DNA of 64,000 nt, taken from NCBI GenBank assembly GCA_964016885.1, contig OZ024741.1, positions 250,604,001-250,668,000 of the forward strand, given 5' to 3'. The DNA comes from Eledone cirrhosa. Its lineage: Eukaryota. Position 1 is the first letter of the stretch. Each line of letters starts with the position of its first letter. Positions 56,452-64,000 of the stretch are shown one piece after another. The translations under genes and the position numbers were made by a program. Under the pieces are notes generated by a model. The model was not told where the DNA came from. It did not search any database and saw nothing but the letters and a program-made list of their open reading frames with translations.

Positions 56452-56819
56452 TGTAGCGGTTGTCTCCCTTGTTTTGATTGGGATCTAGACGGGAAGTGGA
56501 ACCCTTTCTGCAACTTCCGGTCAGAGCCCTATAAAACTAACAACGTTAAGCTTCCTTCCTCTCTCTTTGCCTTTTCGGCACCAGGTCAAGAGTCTTCTCA
56601 TTTGGCTCTGCCATTAATTTGGCCAACAGGCGCCTGGCTAAGGCCAGGCGCCCTCTGCCAGTCGCATTTGCCTGGCAATCAAAACGGTAACTACTAACTT
56701 TGTTTCATTCTAACATCTATCTTTGACATGTCAAGTATTCTATCTACCGTTAATTAAATATTATATACACAAACATTGTCTCGTTTTGTTACATTCAAAC
56801 AACCAGTAATCCCGCTATA
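56452..56819 (+). repeat. 5' LTR (368 bp), TGTAGCGG...CCGCTATA
   Basis: Identical by eye to 58244-58611; 8 bp terminal inverted repeat with one mismatch. Confidence 0.95.
56530..56536 (+). promoter_or_regulatory. Putative TATA box in LTR U3
   Basis: TATAAAA ~80 bp into the LTR, followed ~25-30 bp later by a pyrimidine-rich stretch; copy at 58322-58328. Confidence 0.5.
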
Positions 56820-56820
56820 T

Positions 56821-56838
56821 TGGTGACCCCGACGTGAT
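56821..56838 (+). other. Primer-binding site complementary to the 3' 18 nt of tRNA-Trp
   Basis: TGGTGACCCCGACGTGAT is the reverse complement of ATCACGTCGGGGTCACCA, the 3' end of animal tRNA-Trp(CCA) and the same PBS as in avian sarcoma/leukosis viruses. It lies 1 nt after the 5' LTR. Confidence 0.92.
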
Positions 56839-57035
56839 ACGAACACGCAGCCGTTCATCGCTATAAGTGGTCACCCCCAAAAAAAGAAAAAAATAGCACA
56901 TCTGGTTTTGTGAGTAACATTACGAATACACAGCAAATTTAGCGACAAACTATGAAAATACTCAAGGACACGCACACACGCACATGTGGAATTCGCACAG
57001 ACATACTTTTTCTCTCACGCATCAATTAACTGTCG

Positions 57036-57240
57036 CATTTCACCAATATATATATTTATGTTTCTCGTTTCTTACAACGAACACTTTCAAAACAAAACAA
57101 AAACATTTCACGATATATATATATGTTTCTCGTTTCTTACAACGAACACTTTCAAAACAAAAAAAACATTTCACGATATATATATATGTTTCTCGTTTCT
57201 TACAACGAACTCTTTCAAAACACACACAAAAAAAAAAAGA
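57036..57240 (+). repeat. ~63-68 bp tandem repeat x3 inside the LTR element
   Basis: CATTTCAC(G)ATATATATATATGTTTCTCGTTTCTTACAACGAACACTTTCAAAACA(n) three times. Confidence 0.9.
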
Positions 57241-57328
57241 AATTTGATATTCTTTGAAAAACATTTCAACAGGAACATTTATTTTCGATGAACCATTGCC
57301 TTTTGTTCTTCGTTTTCTTCATCGTTCA

Positions 57329-57330
<2 letters not shown>

Positions 57331-57360
<30 letters not shown>
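57331..57360 (+). repeat. Poly(T)30 tract inside the LTR element
   Basis: Read directly. Confidence 0.9.
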
Positions 57361-58231
57361 CCAAAAGTTCACACCTATAATTATGCTGATTGAAGCCTTT
57401 CTTTTTCATCATTGTCACTTTCAAAATTGCACTATCATTTTCTCGCGCGTTAGAAATATTTTTTTTTCAACCTTGTATTGGCACGTGTAGGCAGCATAAA
57501 TTCTCGATTCACTGAGATGTCTTTACTCACAGACAGCCGCACGCCATTTATCACCAGGGATTCTTCAGCCTTAAGCTATATTCTTCTATTTGCCGGTTTA
57601 TAAATTTACAATGTAAATTTACCGTTGATAACCGCGCATTTATTAAGAATGCTTATTTCTCTGGTCGCTGGCCTCTTGACCCTTCCAGGTCAACGCATTC
57701 TCAACATCGACCATCAACTTCGGCTGCTATTTCTAGCACTTTGCGCAACTCATTTTTTCTAAAAAAAAATTTTTTTACTGTGAATTTAAACACCGAATAC
57801 GCTCACTCAGCGAGACAACAGCAACAGCAATACATCAATACAGCTTCACCAAAGCCAGAGAATTCATTTTTGCAGCACTCTTCCTGTGAGAAAATCCATT
57901 CGGAGGTTGGAAATTTCACGATATACCACAGAACAGAAACCACCTGCATTCATTCTCTGGAACACACTTTCTTTCCTGCTGTCATGTGATTACACACCTG
58001 TGAACTATATTTTGAGCTTTGAGCTCTTCTATTACTTTTACTTTATTACATTGTGTCTTTGGGTGATGGATAGATGGATGTCCAGTCGTTCTCTGGCCAA
58101 GAGCGGTTGGTTACCTTGATATCTATCATTGATTTTTCCAGACATTCTTTTGTCGTAATTTCCATGCCTGTTACAACATTCTCGCCAACTTGCTACATAT
58201 TTTCATTTCGATTTTTATACACTAAAATTCT

Positions 58232-58243
58232 GGCGGGAGGTTA
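58232..58243 (+). other. Polypurine tract (plus-strand primer)
   Basis: GGCGGGAGGTTA immediately precedes the TGT of the 3' LTR. Confidence 0.75.
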
Positions 58244-58611
58244 TGTAGCGGTTGTCTCCCTTGTTTTGATTGGGATCTAGACGGGAAGTGGAACCCTTTC
58301 TGCAACTTCCGGTCAGAGCCCTATAAAACTAACAACGTTAAGCTTCCTTCCTCTCTCTTTGCCTTTTCGGCACCAGGTCAAGAGTCTTCTCATTTGGCTC
58401 TGCCATTAATTTGGCCAACAGGCGCCTGGCTAAGGCCAGGCGCCCTCTGCCAGTCGCATTTGCCTGGCAATCAAAACGGTAACTACTAACTTTGTTTCAT
58501 TCTAACATCTATCTTTGACATGTCAAGTATTCTATCTACCGTTAATTAAATATTATATACACAAACATTGTCTCGTTTTGTTACATTCAAACAACCAGTA
58601 ATCCCGCTATA
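58244..58611 (+). repeat. 3' LTR (368 bp)
   Basis: Identical by eye to 56452-56819. Confidence 0.95.
58545..58550 (+). terminator. Putative polyadenylation signal ATTAAA in 3' LTR
   Basis: Variant hexamer ~60 bp from the LTR end, followed by the GT-rich TTGTCTCGTTTTGTT; copy at 56753-56758. Confidence 0.4.
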
Positions 58612-58615
58612 AGCT
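58612..58615. repeat. Right target-site duplication AGCT
   Basis: CCGCTATA|AGCT-TTTAATTGCG. Confidence 0.9.
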
Positions 58616-60586
58616 TTTAATTGCGTTTTTAATTGCGTTTTTAATCTAGTTTTAAAATTGAGTTTTAATGGGTTTTTCAATTAGGTTTTTAATGGATTTA
58701 TAATGGTGTTTTTTACGGACCCTTTAATTTTTTATAATGGGTTTTCAATGCCGTTTTAATGGTGTTTTTTAATGGTATCCTTAATGACGCTTCGATAAGT
58801 TTCAATGTTATTTTAATGGGGTTTTGATTGATTTTTTAATGGAGTTTTTTTTAATGAACTTTTATTGGTGTTTTCAATCAGGTTTTTAACTGAATTTTTA
58901 ATGTTTTTCAATTAGATTTTTTATGGAGTTTTTATGGGCTTTTTAATGAGTTTTTAATGGTGTGCTAATTGAGTTTTCAATTACCTTTTTAATTGAGTAT
59001 AAAATCGAGTTTTTACTAAGTTTTTAATGAATTTTAATGGAATTTTAATGGGGTTTCCAATGGACTTTTAATTGTGTTTTAATGGGGTTTTAAAATTGGT
59101 TTTTAGTTCATTTTTCAGGGGCTTTTAATGGGGCTTAATGGGGGTTTAATGGGGGATTTAATTGAGTTTTTAATGGAGTTTAATAGAGTTTATAATGGAG
59201 GTTTTAATGGAGTTTTTAATGAAGTTTTAATGTAGTTTTTAATGAGGTTTTTAATGACGATTTTAATGGCGTTCTTAATGGCGTTTTAATGGTATTTTAT
59301 GGCATTTTAATGACGGTTGTAATGGTTTTTAATGGAGTGTTAATTGGTTATTAATTGTATTTTAATGGGTTTTATGAGCTTTTTAATGGACTTTTTAGTG
59401 GTGTTTTTAATGGAGTTTTTAATGGGTCTTTTAATGGAATTTGCAATGTAGTTTTTAATGGTGTTTTCAATTGTATTTTTAATGACGTTTTAATGGTGTT
59501 TTTTATGGCGTTTTAATAGGATTTTTAATTGGTTTTTTAAAGGACTATTATTATGGGTTTTTTATGTAATTTTATCATGGGATTTTCAGTAGGGTTTTTA
59601 ATTGGATTTTTAATGGAGTTTATAATATGGTTTTTAATTGGATTTTTAAAGAATTTATAATTGCGGTTTTAATATAGTGTTTAATGGAGTATTTAATTGG
59701 TTTTTAATGGTAATTTTAATGGAGTGTTTAATGTGTTTTTAATGGGGGAGGAGGGGGGTAAAATGCAGTTTTTAATTGAGTTATCAATGGAGTTTTTAAT
59801 GACATTTTTAATGACGTTTTAATAGCGTTTTATGACGTTTTAATGACGTTTTAATGGTTTTTTTATTGGGTTTTGGGAGTTTTTATGAGCTTCTAATTAG
59901 GTTTTAAATGGGGTTTTCAATGAGGTTTTTAGTGGAATTTTTAATGGGCCTTTAATGTATTTTTAATGGGATTTTAATGTTTTTTATGGCGTTTTTAATG
60001 GTATTTTAAATGCTGTTTTAATGTTTCTTTTATGGCCTTTTAATTGGGTTTTTGATTGAGTTTTTAATGGATTTTTTTTAACGAGAATTATGAAGTTTAA
60101 TGGGTTTCCAGTGTGTTTTAAATGAAGTTTTTGATAATATTTTTAATGGAATTTTAATGGCGGTTATGGGATTTTAATGGGTTCTGGTGGTATTTTTGTG
60201 GGTTTTAATGGGGTGTTAAATGGTTTTAATGTTGTTTTACTTGCGCTTTCGATTACGTTTACAATTAAGTTTTTACTGTTTTTAATTGGATTTTTAATGG
60301 ATTTTAATGTGGTTTTTAATGGAATTTTAATGGTGTTTTAATATAGTTTTTAATGGGTTTCGGATGTAGCTTTTAATGGTGGTTTAGTGTGCTTTTTATT
60401 GGGTTTTTAATGAGGTTTTATGAGCTTTTCAATGGAGTTTTTAATGGTGTTTATATATATATATATATACATACATATATATGTATATATATATATTTAC
60501 ACATATATATGTGTATATATATATGTGTATATATATATTTACACATATATATGTGTATATATATATTTACACATATATATGTGTAT

Positions 60587-60630
<44 letters not shown>

Positions 60631-60660
60631 TTAAATATATATATATATATATATATATAT

Positions 60661-60695
<35 letters not shown>

Positions 60696-60741
60696 TATAT
60701 ATATATATATATATATATTAAATATATATATATATATATAT

Positions 60742-60778
<37 letters not shown>

Positions 60779-60801
60779 TATATATATATATATATATATA
60801 T

Positions 60802-60832
<31 letters not shown>

Positions 60833-61033
60833 TCCACTTTCATGTTACACACTATATATAAACTGGGATTTATATTTTGCGTTAGTGCCATATTAAGCTG
60901 ACAACGATATATTCGTATCTTAAAAAATATTTTTTTTAGATCACATTGTTCTAGATATTATTAAAATTATTAAATCTATTTTCAATTTGCACGAACACTT
61001 GCATATACTACATACATACATTTATATAGACAC

Positions 61034-61427
61034 TAACACAAATATTAGCATATACATAATTTCTTAGTCATTGAGGATGTGTTTTTATACATACATATGC
61101 ATATTGCATACATACATACATACACACATACAAGCATATACATAGACATACACACACACATATATACACACACTGTATATATATATATACATACACACAC
61201 ACACACATATATATATACACACACACACTATATATATATATAGTGTGTGGTGTATATATATATATGTGTGTGTGTGTATGTATATATATACACTGTGTGT
61301 ATATATATGTGTGTGTATGTGTATGTATATGCTTGTATGTGTGTATGTATGGATGCAATATGCATATGTATGTATAAAAAACACATCCTCAATTACTAAG
61401 AAAATATGTATATGCTAATATTTGTGT

Positions 61428-61429
<2 letters not shown>
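61034..61429. repeat. Palindrome copy, unit 10
   Basis: Same arms. Confidence 0.9.
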
Positions 61430-61459
<30 letters not shown>

Positions 61460-61533
61460 CGCACACACTATATATATATATATATATACATACACACTAT
61501 ATATATATATATACACACACACTATATTATATA

Positions 61534-61567
<34 letters not shown>

Positions 61568-63090
61568 AATCCCATTAAAAACCACATTAAAAATTCAATT
61601 AAAAATCTATTTTGAAAAACCCATTAAAAACCCCATTATAAGCTCATAAAACACTCCATTAAAACCCCAACCAAACCCCCCATTAAAACACAATTAAAAC
61701 ATCATTAAGAATGCCAATAAAAGCGCCATTAAAAACCACATTGGAAACCCATAAAAACCCAATTAAAACAAAATTAAAGTTTCAATTAAAAGTCCCCATT
61801 AAAACTCCATTAAAACCCCCATTAACCCCCCCCCCTCGAAAAGACATTAAAACCTCAAATTTAAACCGAAATAAAAACTCAATAAAATCGCAATTAAAAA
61901 CTCAATTAAAACACCATTAAAAACACAATTAAAAGCCCATTAAACCAATTAAAATTGCATTAACACACCACTAAGGTTCCATTGGAAAACCATTAAAAAT
62001 GTCATTAAAAACTACACTGAAAACCCATTAAACCCCTATTAAAAGCGCACCCAAAACTTTATAAAAAAACAAATAAAAACCCCATTAAAATACCATTAAA
62101 ACGGCATAAAACACCATTAAAACTACATTAAAACTCAATTAAAAATTCCATTTAAATCTCCATTATAAACTCAATTAAAACTCCATTAAAACTCAATTAA
62201 AAACTCCATTAAAAACACACACACATGAAGTTACATGCTGGCTTGCACACTTATAGCGATTGCTATTTCCTTTTAATTTCATTAAAACTAGGATGTTTTA
62301 GAAAGATAAAAACAAAACTGAATAATGAAGAGACTAGGGAGGGGTAAAGAAAGGCAGATCAGGCTGTAGAGGACAGTAGGGGGAGAAGAGGGAAGAGACT
62401 TGGGAGGGGTAAAGAAAGGCAGATCTGGCTGTAGAGGACAGTAGGGGGAGAAGAGGGAGAAATAAACTAAATTATAAACTAAGTTATAAACTAAATTATA
62501 AACTAAATTAAAAACTCAATAAAATAAAATAAAATAAAATAAAATAAAATAAAATAAAATAAAATAAAATAAAATAAAAATAAAATAAAATAAAATAAAA
62601 TAAAATAAAATAAAATAAAATAAAATAAAATAAAATAAAATAAAATAAAATAAAATAAAATAAAATAAAATAAAATAAAATAAAAAAAAATAAAATAAAA
62701 TAAAAAAAACTAAAAAATATAAATAAAATAAAATAAAATAAATAAAATAAAATAAAATAAAATAAAATAAATAAAAATAAAATAAAATAAAAAAAAATAA
62801 AAAAAAATTAAATATAAAAAATAAATAAAATAAAATAAAATACGAACTCAATTAAAAACTCAGTAAAAACTCAATTAAAAACTCAATTAAAAACTCAATC
62901 GAAGCACCATTAAAACACCATTAAAAACTCCACTATAAACCCACTAAACCCATTAAAAACCAATTAAAAATTCAATTACACATCCCATTAGAAATTTCAT
63001 TAAAAACTCAATTAAAAGTTCCATTGAAAACACATTCAAAACCCATTAACCCCATATTAAAAGTTCATAAAACTCTATTAAAAACCCAAT

Positions 63091-64000
63091 AACAAACCAA
63101 TTAAAACGCCATTAAAACGCCACAAAACACAATAAAATGTCATAAAAACGCCATTAAAAGCCATATTATAAATTTCATAAAAAACAATTGAAAACCCCAT
63201 TATTTATGAGCCTTTTTTATGAGTTTTTAATAGTGTTTTAATTCAGTTTTTAATTGCGTTTAAAATTGGGTTTTAATGGCTTTTTAATGGTGTTTTAATG
63301 GAATTTTAATGGGATTTTCGATGGTGTTTAATGGGTTTTTTATGGAGTTTTTAATTGGGTTTTCAATGGTGTTGTTTATGAGTTTTTAAATGGGTTTTTA
63401 ATGGAATTTTTGATTGCGTTTTTAATGAAATTTTTAATAGATTCGAGGATGTTTTAATGGAGTTTTTAATGGTCTTTTTAATGGCGTTTTAATTGTGTTT
63501 TTATGGTGTTTAAATGCGTTTTAATGATTTTTAATTGGGTTTTTAATGGAGTATTTTTAATGAGCTCTTAATGGATTTTTCAATTGGATACTTAATGGGT
63601 TTTAATGGAATTTATAATAAGGGTTCTAATTGACTTTAAATATGATTTTTAATGGAGTTTTTAATGAAATTTCTAATGGTGTTTTTAATTGCGTTTCCCC
63701 CCGTGAGGGTTTTAATGGCATTTTAAATGACATTTTAATGAGTTTTTATGATGTTTTAATGGCGTTGTAATTGTTTTTTATTGGGCTTTTAATATAATTT
63801 TGTATGAGCTTTTAATGGGGGTTTTCAATGTTGTTTTTAATGGAGTGTTTAATGGAATTTTAATGGGGGTTTGATAAAAAAAATTAATTGCTTTTTAATT
63901 TAATTTTTAATGCGTTTTTGATGGTGTTTAAGTGCGTTCATGATGATCTTTTTAATGGATTTTTAATGGGGTTTTAATTGAATTTTTAATGGTGTTTTCA
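63091..64000 (+). repeat. Macrosatellite unit 11 (partial; ~103 bp deletion near 63155)
   Basis: Anchor at 63091. CCATTAAAAGCCATATT joins two CATTAAAA copies that are ~103 bp apart in unit 1. Confidence 0.9.

Larger units (their letters stand above)
56452..58611 (+). mobile_element. Non-autonomous LTR retrotransposon (2160 bp, TRIM/LARD-like), probably Ty3/Gypsy-derived with a tRNA-Trp primer
   Basis: Two 368 bp direct LTRs, a PBS just after the 5' LTR, a PPT before the 3' LTR, and a 4 bp TSD (AGCT). The 1424 bp interior has no gag/pol-like ORF. The element is absent at the homologous site in the other nine complete units. Confidence 0.95.
54834..63090 (+). repeat. Macrosatellite unit 10 (8257 bp including the 2160 bp LTR element and its TSD)
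   Basis: Anchor-to-anchor distance. Unit sequence resumes in register after 58611. Confidence 0.93.
1..64000. repeat. Tandem macrosatellite array of a ~5.8-6.3 kb composite unit (~10.2 copies, continuing past both window edges)
   Basis: The anchor AACAAACCAATTAAAACGCC recurs at 1, 5863, 12063, 18360, 24644, 30463, 36535, 42557, 48631, 54834 and 63091. Internal landmarks recur in the same order and orientation each time. Confidence 0.98.

Noticed and set aside
56821-56838. tRNA-Trp gene
   Set aside because: Only the 18-nt complement of the mature 3' end including CCA is present, which is a PBS rather than a gene.
56857-56869. 13-nt match ATCGCTATAAGTG to the reverse complement of the unit island (5071-5083), suggesting homology-guided targeting
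   Set aside because: The match is short enough to be chance, does not extend, and lies kilobases from the actual insertion site.
57036-57240. CRISPR-like repeat array
   Set aside because: The three units are contiguous tandem copies without unique spacers, there are no cas genes, and the context is eukaryotic.
56984-58280. Short ORFs (68-101 aa) inside the LTR element as gag/pol remnants
   Set aside because: No zinc knuckle, protease, RT or integrase motifs. Several simply read through the tandem repeat or poly(T).

Overview
Very AT-rich, apparently eukaryotic (probably animal) non-coding DNA with no credible protein-coding gene. The window is a head-to-tail macrosatellite of about 10.2 copies of a composite 5.8-6.3 kb unit. 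Each unit contains, in order: ~3 kb of a degenerate 11-12 bp TTTT(T)AATGGnn satellite; a TTAAA-punctuated (TA)n block; a ~200 bp non-repetitive island; a ~395 bp near-perfect palindrome; the same satellite in the opposite orientation (CCATTAAAA); a second island with a 2 x 65 bp purine-rich repeat; and an (AAAAT)n tract. The tenth unit is interrupted by a 2160 bp non-coding LTR retrotransposon (56452-58611). It has 368 bp LTRs that are identical by eye, TG...TA ends, an 18-nt tRNA-Trp primer-binding site, a polypurine tract and a 4 bp AGCT target-site duplication, and the other copies show the empty site. The ORF-track entries are microsatellite translations or short ORFs with no recognisable homology.
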